From assembly GCA_964345065.1 (NCBI GenBank), contig CAYFPT010000001.1, positions 1-48,059 of the forward strand: a DNA stretch of 48,059 nt, written 5' to 3'. Numbering within the stretch: the first letter of the stretch is position 1; each line of letters opens with the position of its first letter. The stretch is from an uncultured Bordetella sp. (GTDB lineage Bacteria; Pseudomonadota; Gammaproteobacteria; Burkholderiales; Burkholderiaceae_A). The translations under genes were made by a program, and so were the position numbers. Below, one piece after another: positions 28,439 to 37,070 of this stretch. Under the pieces are notes generated by a model. It saw nothing but the letters and a program-made list of their open reading frames with translations. It did not search any database and had not been told where the DNA came from.

Positions 28439-29575
28439 CTATCCTTTTATCTTGAAGAGCCGTTGAGCGTTTCCGCCGACAATCTTTTGTAAATCACTCT
28501 TCCCGAGTTTTGGAACCGAGGAGATTAATCCCAACGGATCTGTTTCGCCCATGTCATAGGGATAGTCGGTACCCATGAGCACATGATCTACCCCGAATCT
28601 TTTAATCAGGCTATCGAGCATCTGTGGGTCGAAGGTAATCGTATCGAAATAAAACTTCTCAAGATACTTAGAGGGTTTCGTTGTAATGACGGTACGAACA
28701 TCCGGGCGTTTGTGTCCATGATCCATCCGGGCCCAGTAGTGCGCGATGTAGCCACCCGCGTGGGCGAGAATGATTTTTAGACGAGGAAAGCGCTTCATAA
28801 ACCCATCGAAAATCAAATGGCTAACGGCGACGGTGGTGTCCAGCGGATTTCCGATAATGTTATTAAAGTAGTGATCGGTCAGGCGCTGCCCTTGGCTAAA
28901 TCCGTTGGGATGCATAAAGAGAATCGCGCCGAGCTCTTCGGCTTTTGCAAAAAAAGCGTCAAGCTTTAGGCTCGGGTCGGTGAGATCTTTTCCATTAACG
29001 TTCGTTCCGATTTCAATACCCTTGAGCCCAAGTTGCTTCATGGCGCGCTCAAGCTCTCCCACCGCCATCGCGCTGTTTTGCAGGGGAACCGTCCCCAGTG
29101 CCCGCAGCCGATCGGGCCGTTGGGACACAATCTCGGCCATTCCGTCGTTGATGCGGCGGGCGAGCTGAAGACCAAAATCAGGTTCGGCAAAGTAGTAGTA
29201 CTGAAATGGCGCCGGGGCAACCACCTGAATATCCACGCCCATCTTGTCCATATCTTTAATTCGAGTGGGGAGATCGGAAAGCATTGGGGCACGGTCTTGG
29301 ACTTGTTTGAGATTTACCTTTCGGGTCAAGTCATTTGAGAAGATATGCGTGAATTCCTTCTGCATCGGATCGATGACCGACGCGGTTTTGGCCACTTCCG
29401 GATTGAAGTAATGGCAATGCACATCCACAACCAATCCTTTTGCTGACCGGGCCTCCTGGGGCCGGGGATTGGATCGGGAGCGCGACTTTCCCTGAGAGGC
29501 CGCGGCAAGTGCTGCGGTGCGACGGCCGTGCCGATGAAGGGGATTGGTACAGCCGATGGCGCAATTAAAAAACAT
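28439..29575 (-). CDS. Amidohydrolase_2 family protein (ACMSD-like decarboxylase/hydratase/hydrolase)
   Basis: DVHCH, FMHP, AHAGG and GTDYPY; AAAGGAG RBS. Confidence 0.9.
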   Translation of the reverse strand: MFFNCAIGCTNPLHRHGRRTAALAAASQGKSRSRSNPRPQEARSAKGLVVDVHCHYFNPEVAKTASVIDPMQKEFTHIFSNDLTRKVNLKQVQDRAPMLSDLPTRIKDMDKMGVDIQVVAPAPFQYYYFAEPDFGLQLARRINDGMAEIVSQRPDRLRALGTVPLQNSAMAVGELERAMKQLGLKGIEIGTNVNGKDLTDPSLKLDAFFAKAEELGAILFMHPNGFSQGQRLTDHYFNNIIGNPLDTTVAVSHLIFDGFMKRFPRLKIILAHAGGYIAHYWARMDHGHKRPDVRTVITTKPSKYLEKFYFDTITFDPQMLDSLIKRFGVDHVLMGTDYPYDMGETDPLGLISSVPKLGKSDLQKIVGGNAQRLFKIKG

Positions 29576-29622
29576 TTTTAAATCTCCTTTTTTGCCGATG
29601 CGGTGACTCTATCTCAGCGCTG

Positions 29623-29648
29623 GCTTCTTAATCAATTGATTAATAAGC
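29623..29648. promoter_or_regulatory. Palindromic operator candidate GCTT-c-TTAATCAATTGATTAA-t-AAGC
   Basis: Perfect 16-bp palindrome at 29628-29643 in the divergent amidohydrolase/CocE intergenic region. Confidence 0.72.
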
Positions 29649-29760
29649 AAGGGTTTTTACCACTCCAAGAAAGTCGTGGGGGCGTGTTTACTAGGCGCAG
29701 AATTTGTGCCAAACCTGGCGGGCCGTTCGGCCCCAAAGCACTAAAAAGAGGCAAGTGGAA

Positions 29761-31521
29761 ATGGGCTACACCACCCGTAGTGAGACCCGCGATGGCATGA
29801 AAATTGACTGGCACGTTCACATTCCCGCCCGTGACGGAATTGAATTGCTTGCAGATGTATTTCGGCCAGTGAATCCTGGCCGCTATCCGGTCATCATGAG
29901 CTATGGCCCCTATGGCAAAGGGCTTGCATTTCAGGACGGCTACAAGACTGCCTGGGACCGAATGGCCGAGCAGCATCCGGATGTCACCGCCAACTCGAGT
30001 AACCAATATCAAAACTGGGAGGTGGTGGATCCCGAGAAGTGGGTGCCGGAGGGTTATGTATGCATCCGGGTCGATTCCCGGGGTGCGGGGGCTTCTCCGG
30101 GCTACATGGCGCTCTGGAGCCCCCAGGAGTACGAGGATTTTTACGATTGCATTGAGTGGGCAGGCGTTCAGCCCTGGAGCAATGGCAAGGTTGGGCTGAA
30201 CGGCATTTCCTATTACGGCATGAACCAATGGCAGGTTGCCCAGCTGCGGCCGCCCCATCTCGCTGCGATATGCATCTGGGAAGGTGCCTCAGATTTTTAT
30301 CGTGATCTCAGTCATCATGGCGGCATCCTCAGTGACTTTCTAAAGAACTGGTACGACATGCAGGTGAAGACCGTTCAACATGGTCTCGGCCCTCAGGGCC
30401 CGAAAAGCCGTGTGACGGGGGAGCCCGTCTGTGGCATGGAAGCGCTGCCGGCACGGGAGCTGGAAAAAAATCGTGAGAATCTCGCACAGGCCGCCGCCAC
30501 GCATGCGTTGGATGACGCCTACTGGAAGGCAAGGACGCCTGATTTCAGCAAGATCCAGGTCCCCCTGCTGTCGGCAGCGAACTGGGGGGGCCAAGGCCTT
30601 CACCCCCGAGGCAACTTCGAGGGCTTTTTGCGATCGGGTTCAAAGGAAAAATGGCTCGAGGTCCATGGCATCGAGCACTGGACCCACTTTTATACCGACT
30701 ATGGGCGCGAGATCCAGCTGCGTTTTTTTGATTATTTTCTGAAAGGCAAGAAAAAGGGTTGGAGCAAGCAGCCGAAGGTGTTTCTTCAGGTCAGGCATAT
30801 TGATAAATTCGTGCCGCGCGCCGAAAAAGCCTGGCCGCTTCCCGATACCCGATGGACAAAGTTTTATCTAGACAATGCGACCCTGAACTTATCTTCACGG
30901 CCGATGCAGACGCTGAAGAAGGCCTCTTATCAAGGATTCTCGGATGGCCTGACCTATATGCTGCCGGCCCAGCCGCAGGAGATGGAAATCACGGGCCCGA
31001 TTGCGGTAAAGCTTTTTGCCTCCTCATCGACGATTGATACTGATTTTTTCGTGGTCTTACGAATTTTTTCTCCCGACCTGAAAGAGGTGGTTTTCCAAGG
31101 CGCACTCGATCCGCACACGCCGATTGGCCAGGGGTGGCTGAGAGCTTCGCATCGAAAACTCGATCCGAAGCTCACCCGACACTATCGTCCCTATCATCCC
31201 CACGATGAGGTTCAGCCACTGAAGCCAGGGCAAATCTATGAATTTGACATTGAGATTGTTCCCACTTGTATTGTTGTTCCCGCAGGATATCGCGTGGCCT
31301 TAAGCATTCGGGGCAAAGACTATGTTTACCCGGGGCCCGCCGGCCACCTCTCCAACATGAAATATCCCATGACCGGGTGTGGCCCATTTACCCATACCGA
31401 TCCGAAGGATCGGCCAGCGAAAATATTTGACGGCACGGTGACCCTCTACTCGGGACCCTCTAAACGCGCATATATTCAGCTGCCGATTATTCCTGCGCGG
31501 CGCCAGCGGAGAGCATCATGA
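29761..31521 (+). CDS. CocE/NonD family hydrolase (S15 alpha/beta hydrolase)
   Basis: RDGIELLADVFRP, PYGK, DSRGAGASPG, GISYYG and a C-terminal jelly-roll (GWLRASHR). Start moved to ATG 29761. Confidence 0.9.
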   Translation: MGYTTRSETRDGMKIDWHVHIPARDGIELLADVFRPVNPGRYPVIMSYGPYGKGLAFQDGYKTAWDRMAEQHPDVTANSSNQYQNWEVVDPEKWVPEGYVCIRVDSRGAGASPGYMALWSPQEYEDFYDCIEWAGVQPWSNGKVGLNGISYYGMNQWQVAQLRPPHLAAICIWEGASDFYRDLSHHGGILSDFLKNWYDMQVKTVQHGLGPQGPKSRVTGEPVCGMEALPARELEKNRENLAQAAATHALDDAYWKARTPDFSKIQVPLLSAANWGGQGLHPRGNFEGFLRSGSKEKWLEVHGIEHWTHFYTDYGREIQLRFFDYFLKGKKKGWSKQPKVFLQVRHIDKFVPRAEKAWPLPDTRWTKFYLDNATLNLSSRPMQTLKKASYQGFSDGLTYMLPAQPQEMEITGPIAVKLFASSSTIDTDFFVVLRIFSPDLKEVVFQGALDPHTPIGQGWLRASHRKLDPKLTRHYRPYHPHDEVQPLKPGQIYEFDIEIVPTCIVVPAGYRVALSIRGKDYVYPGPAGHLSNMKYPMTGCGPFTHTDPKDRPAKIFDGTVTLYSGPSKRAYIQLPIIPARRQRRAS

Positions 31522-32174
31522 GGCTCTATGGCTTTTGGCGCTCCTTGGCAGCCTATCGGGTCCGGGTCGCTTTAAAACTTAAAGGCCTTGAATTCACCGA
31601 GGAGAGTGTCAATTTACTTTCTGGCGAACAGCATGACCCGGCTTATTTGAAAATTAATCCTCAGGGTGCCGTGCCGGCCTTGGCGCTCGATGACGGCACG
31701 ATTCTCTCCCAATCCATGGCAATTTTAGAGTTTCTCGAAGAGGAATTTCCTCGGCATGCCACGCTTCTTCCTTCAGATGCCAAAGGCCGAGCACGGGTCC
31801 GCGCGTTGTGCCACGTGGCAGTCTCCGATAGCCATCCGCTGCTCGTGCCGAGAATTCGAAGCTATCTCAGTAAAGACCTCAGTCTTGGTGACGAGACCAC
31901 CGCCAAATGGCTGAATCATTGGTCGGAAAAATCACTGTCGATTTTTAATTCTCGTCTGGCTCAAGAACCCCAGACCGGCATCTACTGTCATGGAGATTCA
32001 CTCACCATCGCCGATATTTGTCTTGCATCCCAGGTCATCGGTGCGACCGGCTTTTTTGGCTGCTCCCTGAAGGCTTACCCAAAGGTCGAGGCAATCTACG
32101 GTCGTTTAATCCAAATCGAAGCCTTCGAGAGTGCGCTGCCGAAGCATCAGCCAGGCGCGCCAGCGGGCCACTGA
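31518..32174 (+). CDS. maiA: Maleylacetoacetate/maleylpyruvate isomerase (GST zeta class)
   Basis: LYGFWRSLAAYRVRVAL, NPQGAVP, QSMAI and C-terminal P..QP. Confidence 0.85.
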   Translation: MRLYGFWRSLAAYRVRVALKLKGLEFTEESVNLLSGEQHDPAYLKINPQGAVPALALDDGTILSQSMAILEFLEEEFPRHATLLPSDAKGRARVRALCHVAVSDSHPLLVPRIRSYLSKDLSLGDETTAKWLNHWSEKSLSIFNSRLAQEPQTGIYCHGDSLTIADICLASQVIGATGFFGCSLKAYPKVEAIYGRLIQIEAFESALPKHQPGAPAGH

Positions 32175-32214
32175 TACTCAGAATCCAACAGAATTTTTTA
32201 AAAAGGGGGCCGCA

Positions 32215-33114
32215 GTGAAGATAGGGCTGGTGGGTGCCGGAAGAATGGGCCAGGCGATTGTATTGCGATTGCTCGAAAAAAAACATAGTGTCCAGGTTTG
32301 GAATCGCACTTCCGATAAGACTGTTGCGCTCGTTGCCGCGGGAGCGACGTTGGCGGCCAGCCCGGCTGAATTGGCGCGCGCCTCGGATGTGATCATCTGC
32401 ATCCTGACCCATGCGGACGCCCAAAAGGCGGTTTACGAGGCGCCAAACACGGGGCTTTTATCTGCCGATCTTAAAGGCAAGTGCGTGATTGATATGAGCA
32501 CCGTACAGCCCGAATCGATGCGCAGGCTTGAGTCAGCGGTGACGCTCAAAGGGGCTGTATTTGTCGAGAGCCCGGTCGGCGGCACCACCGGGCCCGCACG
32601 GGAAGGCAAGCTCTTTGCCTTTGTGGGTGCGACCGCCGAGGCATTCAAAATAGCGGAGCCAGTGCTTCTCGAGCTTTGTCGACGTATCGAGCATGTCGGC
32701 GCCGTTGGGGCGGGGAGCAGCCTCAAGCTGGCGGTCAATCTGCCCTTGCTTGTATTCTGGCAATCCTTCGGAGAGGCGTTGTCACTGGTGTCCCATCTGA
32801 AACTCTCTCCCGAACGGCTCATTGACATCCTATCGGATACACCCGGGGCCACGGGGGCGCTAAAAGCCCGGGCGGCGCAATTTGTTGCGCGTCTGCAAGG
32901 TGGTGAACCCTTTGCCGCATCGTTTAATCTTCAGTCAATTCGCAAGGATCTCCAGACCATGCGGACAGAGGCCGCAGGCCTTGGCCTGATGTTGCCGGTC
33001 GTCAGTGGTGCTATTAACGCTTACGATGAGACGATTGCTGCAGGGCTCGGCGACAGTGACAGCATCGAGCAGAGCCTTTTTTGGCAATCGAAGCGCGCCA
33101 AGAGCAAGCAGTAG
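32215..33114 (+). CDS. NAD(P)-dependent beta-hydroxyacid dehydrogenase family protein
   Basis: Start at GTG 32215. VGAGRMG, WNRT, IDMST, ESPVGG and KLAVN. Confidence 0.88.
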   Translation: MKIGLVGAGRMGQAIVLRLLEKKHSVQVWNRTSDKTVALVAAGATLAASPAELARASDVIICILTHADAQKAVYEAPNTGLLSADLKGKCVIDMSTVQPESMRRLESAVTLKGAVFVESPVGGTTGPAREGKLFAFVGATAEAFKIAEPVLLELCRRIEHVGAVGAGSSLKLAVNLPLLVFWQSFGEALSLVSHLKLSPERLIDILSDTPGATGALKARAAQFVARLQGGEPFAASFNLQSIRKDLQTMRTEAAGLGLMLPVVSGAINAYDETIAAGLGDSDSIEQSLFWQSKRAKSKQ

Positions 33115-33142
33115 ACTGCATGATCTTTGAAGAGGAGACCCC

Positions 33143-34462
33143 GTGAGCCTTATTGAAATTGGACTTGTCGGTTCGGCCGTCTTCGTGCTGTTGACGTTCT
33201 TGCGGGTGCCTGTCGCTTATGGAATGTTTATCGTTGGCCTTGGGGGGCTGATGTATATCGGCCCCGCTGATGCCGCCTTTAAATTTCTTCCCACCGGACT
33301 ATTTTCTTACACCTCGAGTTTTACCCTCGCCGCCTTGCCCCTGTTTATTCTGATGGGGAGTCTCGCGTTTTACGCAGATATCGGAAAGGATGCGTACGAT
33401 GCCGCCAAGGCATGGGCGGGCCGTGTTCCCGGGGGGCTCGGGATCGGGACCGTCTATGGTTCGGCGATCTTTGGCGCCTGTTCTGGGTCAAGCCTGGCCG
33501 AGGTTGCGGTCTTCTCTAAAATTGCAGTGCCCGAAATGATCAAAGCGGGCTACAGTAAAAGACTTGCGACAGGTATCGTTGCCTCTGCCGGCTGTCTGGA
33601 TGCGCTGATTCCGCCAAGTGTTGTCATGATTTTTTACGGCGTATTAACTGAGACCTCAATCGGTCAGCTCTTCATTGGGGGAATCATACCCGGCATCATT
33701 TACGCAACGATTATGGCCGTGACGCTGATGATGGTCGCGATCTTTTACCCCCATCTTGCGCCCCGATCGAGTAATGTAGATGCCTCTTGGTCAGCGAAAA
33801 TTAGTACGCTGAAAACGCTCTGGGCTGCACTGCTTTTGTTTTTGATCGTGCTTGGGGCGATCTACACCGGATTTGCTACTCCTGATGAGGCCGCTGCTGT
33901 CGGCGTCGTGGGCTCGCTGGCTATTTTATTGATTCGAAAAAAACTCACGCTGGCGATTCTCAAAGAATCGACAATTGATAGCGCCAAGAGCAGCGCCATG
34001 ATCTTTCTCATTCTCGGAGCGGGCTCAATTTTTGCAACTTTTTTGTCCTCGACGGGCGTGGTAAACGCCTCGACCTCATTCATCATGGGGCTGGACCTGC
34101 CTTTCTGGGCACTGATGATTGGAATCATTGTGCTGTACCTCGGGCTCGGGTGTTTCCTTGATGCCTTCTCGATGATGGTACTGACCATTCCATTGATTGC
34201 ACCGCTGATTGAGGCCCACGATATGAGTCTGGTCTGGTTTGGCGTCGTGGTCACCATGATGATGGCAATCGGTGCGATCACACCGCCACTGGGTCTAAAC
34301 TGTTTTGTGATGAAGGGCGCCCTCGGCGATCAGGTAGAGCTTCGCGATATCTTTATGGGCTCGGCCCCCTTTGTTCTGCTGATGATCGCGACAGTGGGGC
34401 TGTACATCATTTTTCCCGAGACCGTTTTGTGGCTACCTGAACTGATGAAATCAATGCGCTGA
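33143..34462 (+). CDS. TRAP transporter large permease (DctM family)
   Basis: LPLFILMG, GACSGSS, LIPPS, ATPDEAA and ITPPLG; GAGGAG RBS. Confidence 0.93.
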   Translation: MSLIEIGLVGSAVFVLLTFLRVPVAYGMFIVGLGGLMYIGPADAAFKFLPTGLFSYTSSFTLAALPLFILMGSLAFYADIGKDAYDAAKAWAGRVPGGLGIGTVYGSAIFGACSGSSLAEVAVFSKIAVPEMIKAGYSKRLATGIVASAGCLDALIPPSVVMIFYGVLTETSIGQLFIGGIIPGIIYATIMAVTLMMVAIFYPHLAPRSSNVDASWSAKISTLKTLWAALLLFLIVLGAIYTGFATPDEAAAVGVVGSLAILLIRKKLTLAILKESTIDSAKSSAMIFLILGAGSIFATFLSSTGVVNASTSFIMGLDLPFWALMIGIIVLYLGLGCFLDAFSMMVLTIPLIAPLIEAHDMSLVWFGVVVTMMMAIGAITPPLGLNCFVMKGALGDQVELRDIFMGSAPFVLLMIATVGLYIIFPETVLWLPELMKSMR

Positions 34463-34472
34463 ATGGAACCAT

Positions 34473-34991
34473 ATGAAACAGTTTATCGAAGTCTATGAGC
34501 GTATTTACCGTCGGCTGATACCGACAGTGATCGCCATCCCGCTGGCCCTGATGACCGTGATTGTTTTTTGTAACGCCCTCGGTCGAAAGGTAGGCCTGCC
34601 CTTTCCCCTTACTGTTGAATCAGTCGAAGCATTGTTAGTCGTTTCAGTTTATTTTGGCGTGGCCCTTGTGGCACTCGAAGGAGGCCACGTCAATGTTACT
34701 TTTTTGACAGATCGGCTTAGTCCGCAAGTGAATCGAATGATTGACGGCTTGGGCCATCTGCTCGCATTTGCGGCTTTCGCATATCTTGCGGTCGCAGCAT
34801 GGTCAATGGCGTTCGAGTCGATAAAAATTCTTGAGTACCGGCTGGCGATCGCCCGTTTTCCGCTCTGGCCATTCAAGGTACTTTTTGCTCTCGGCATGAC
34901 CTTGCTTTCGATACAAGTGTTTTTTAATGCTTATAAATTTTTCTTTTTTAAAAAGTTAGTGGTCACCGAGGAGCATCAGGTCGGCGTGTAG
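34473..34991 (+). CDS. TRAP transporter small permease (DctQ family)
   Basis: 4 TM segments, GGHVNV motif, P.WP. Confidence 0.88.
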   Translation: MKQFIEVYERIYRRLIPTVIAIPLALMTVIVFCNALGRKVGLPFPLTVESVEALLVVSVYFGVALVALEGGHVNVTFLTDRLSPQVNRMIDGLGHLLAFAAFAYLAVAAWSMAFESIKILEYRLAIARFPLWPFKVLFALGMTLLSIQVFFNAYKFFFFKKLVVTEEHQVGV

Positions 34992-35022
34992 GCGTTCGTC
35001 GCCTTCAGGGTCAAAGTTCTAG

Positions 35023-35634
35023 ATGAAACTCGATAATGAATTTGTTCTGAGCGCACCTCGATCCGCGGTTTGGGCCGGGCTGACGAATCCCGCGATCGCG
35101 GTACCCTGTATGCCGGGCACAGAGATCAGCGAGAGGGTGGGCGAGCATGCTTTCAAGGCAGTCGTTAGCCTGAGGGTTGGGCCCGTAAAATTACAGTTTC
35201 GTGGTGATGGACAGCTTGCGAATCTTTCCGCTGATCTTACCTATGGTGAATTATTGGCCAAGGGGAGTGATAGCAAAGGCCGTGGCAGTTTCAAGGCAGA
35301 AATGAAGTTTCGATTGTCTGATGAGGGAGGGAATAAGACCCGAGTGCGGGTGGAAACCGAGCTGACGTTGACAGGATCCGTCGCACAATATGGCCGTGGT
35401 GTTGGCATCGTAAAAGAAGTTGCCTCCCAGCTCACGCGTGAGTTCACTGATAATTTAGAGTCCCGTGTTGCTCGTCCATCATCTGCGGGCAGCCCAGCTC
35501 AGATGCCCGAGGGCCTGACGACGTCGTCTCCCCAGGCGGTGAGTTCAGAGAAGGGGTCCTCGATTAATCTCCCTCATCTCATTTTATCCAGTATATGGCG
35601 CTGGCTGCGCTCTCGGCTGGGCCGTGCGCAATAG
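35023..35634 (+). CDS. CoxG/SRPBCC family protein
   Basis: VW..L..P.....CMPG, VGPVK and G.VAQYGRG, followed by a linker and a C-terminal amphipathic helix. Confidence 0.88.
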   Translation: MKLDNEFVLSAPRSAVWAGLTNPAIAVPCMPGTEISERVGEHAFKAVVSLRVGPVKLQFRGDGQLANLSADLTYGELLAKGSDSKGRGSFKAEMKFRLSDEGGNKTRVRVETELTLTGSVAQYGRGVGIVKEVASQLTREFTDNLESRVARPSSAGSPAQMPEGLTTSSPQAVSSEKGSSINLPHLILSSIWRWLRSRLGRAQ

Positions 35635-35673
35635 GCACTCGGGAATTGACGTGAATGTTTCGCTGCGAATCCG

Positions 35674-35691
35674 TTGATCGACTCTGATTAA
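35674..35691. promoter_or_regulatory. Possible operator variant TTGATC-N6-GATTAA
   Basis: Same half-sites as the three N4 sites but with a 6-bp spacer; directly before the RBS of the Mo-hydroxylase FAD subunit. Confidence 0.35.
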
Positions 35692-35706
35692 GGAATTAAG
35701 TTCGGT

Positions 35707-36588
35707 ATGAAGCCAGCCGTATTTCGCTACCACCAGCCCCAGTCACTTTCTGAGGCGATTCAGATGCTGGGCCATTTAGATGATGTGAAATTGCTTGCGG
35801 GCGGCCAATCGCTCGGTCCGATGCTCAATTTTCGTTATGTCATGCCAGAAAACCTTGTTGATTTAAATAAGGTATCGGAATTGCAAGGCGTAACGTGGCA
35901 GGGCGATGGCACGATCCGGATCGGATCGATGGCCCGCCAGTATCAGTTAGAGCGTGATACACGGCTCCACCAAGAGATTCCTATTTTTCGTGATGCACTC
36001 CGATGGGTCGGGCATTATGCAACTCGAAATCGCGGCACAATTGGTGGCAGCCTCTCTCATTTAGACCCTGCAGCCGAATTGCCAGGCATCTGTGCCCTGC
36101 TCGATGCCGAACTCGGGGTCCAGGGACCCTCCGGCCGGCGGGTGGTCAGTGTGCATGACTGGCCGGTGGGCTTTATGCAGCCGGATTTGGCTGAACGAGA
36201 GGTCCTGACCGACATCAAGATTCGGCCTTGGTCGCAGCCCCATGGACACGCATTCATGGAGATGAGCCGTCGCCATGGGGATTTTGCGATTGCTGGCGTC
36301 GGATGTTTACTTTCTGTGGACCAGCAGGGCCGCATCGACCGGGCTGCGGTTTCGGTGATTGGGGTGGCAAATGGACCCATTCGTTTGAGCAAAACAGAGC
36401 AGATACTTCTCGGGGAGACATTCACAGGAAAGCTGAGCGAGGCCGCACTCGAGGAGATTGATCAATTAGATGCGCCGGCTGACGCCCATCACTCGGGTAT
36501 CTTTCGAAAACGCACTGCGAAGACTCTCCTTGGCCGAGCACTCAGTGCTGCCTATGAGAGCGCTCTGAAAAGGACATCATCGCAATGA
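35707..36588 (+). CDS. Mo-hydroxylase FAD-binding (medium, CoxM-like) subunit
   Basis: MKPA.F.Y, LAGGQSL, RNRGTIGGS, DPAAE and RRHGDFA. Confidence 0.92.
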   Translation: MKPAVFRYHQPQSLSEAIQMLGHLDDVKLLAGGQSLGPMLNFRYVMPENLVDLNKVSELQGVTWQGDGTIRIGSMARQYQLERDTRLHQEIPIFRDALRWVGHYATRNRGTIGGSLSHLDPAAELPGICALLDAELGVQGPSGRRVVSVHDWPVGFMQPDLAEREVLTDIKIRPWSQPHGHAFMEMSRRHGDFAIAGVGCLLSVDQQGRIDRAAVSVIGVANGPIRLSKTEQILLGETFTGKLSEAALEEIDQLDAPADAHHSGIFRKRTAKTLLGRALSAAYESALKRTSSQ

Positions 36589-37070
36589 GCGCCCAGCATA
36601 AAATCGAACTCACGATTAACGGCGAGATACACCGTGCCGAGGTCGAAGCGCGTATGACGCTTGCAGATTTCATTCGGCATGGCTGCGGCCTGACCGGAAC
36701 CCATGTGGGCTGCGAGCATGGTGTCTGTGGTGCCTGCACGATCAGCCTAGACGGCCGTGCCGTGCGCTCTTGTACGATGTACGCCGTTCAGGCCCACGGA
36801 TCTCAGATCAAGACCGTTGAGGGATTATCGGCTCCTGATGGAAAGCTGCATCCGATCCAAGAGGCGTTCCGAGACTGCAATGGTCTGCAGTGCGGATTTT
36901 GTACCCCGGGTATGCAAATGACGATCGCCGCCTACCTAGAGGAGAATCCTGATCCGTCCGAAGCGGAAGTTCGGGAGCTGATATCAGGAAACATCTGCCG
37001 CTGCACCGGCTATCAGGGCATTGTTCAGGCCGCTTTGCAGGCCGCAGAGCGGCTCCGGGAGAAGGGGTGA
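36585..37070 (+). CDS. Mo-hydroxylase [2Fe-2S] (small, CoxS-like) subunit
   Basis: GCEHGVCGACT, QCGFCTPG and NICRCTGY. Confidence 0.95.
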   Translation: MSAQHKIELTINGEIHRAEVEARMTLADFIRHGCGLTGTHVGCEHGVCGACTISLDGRAVRSCTMYAVQAHGSQIKTVEGLSAPDGKLHPIQEAFRDCNGLQCGFCTPGMQMTIAAYLEENPDPSEAEVRELISGNICRCTGYQGIVQAALQAAERLREKG

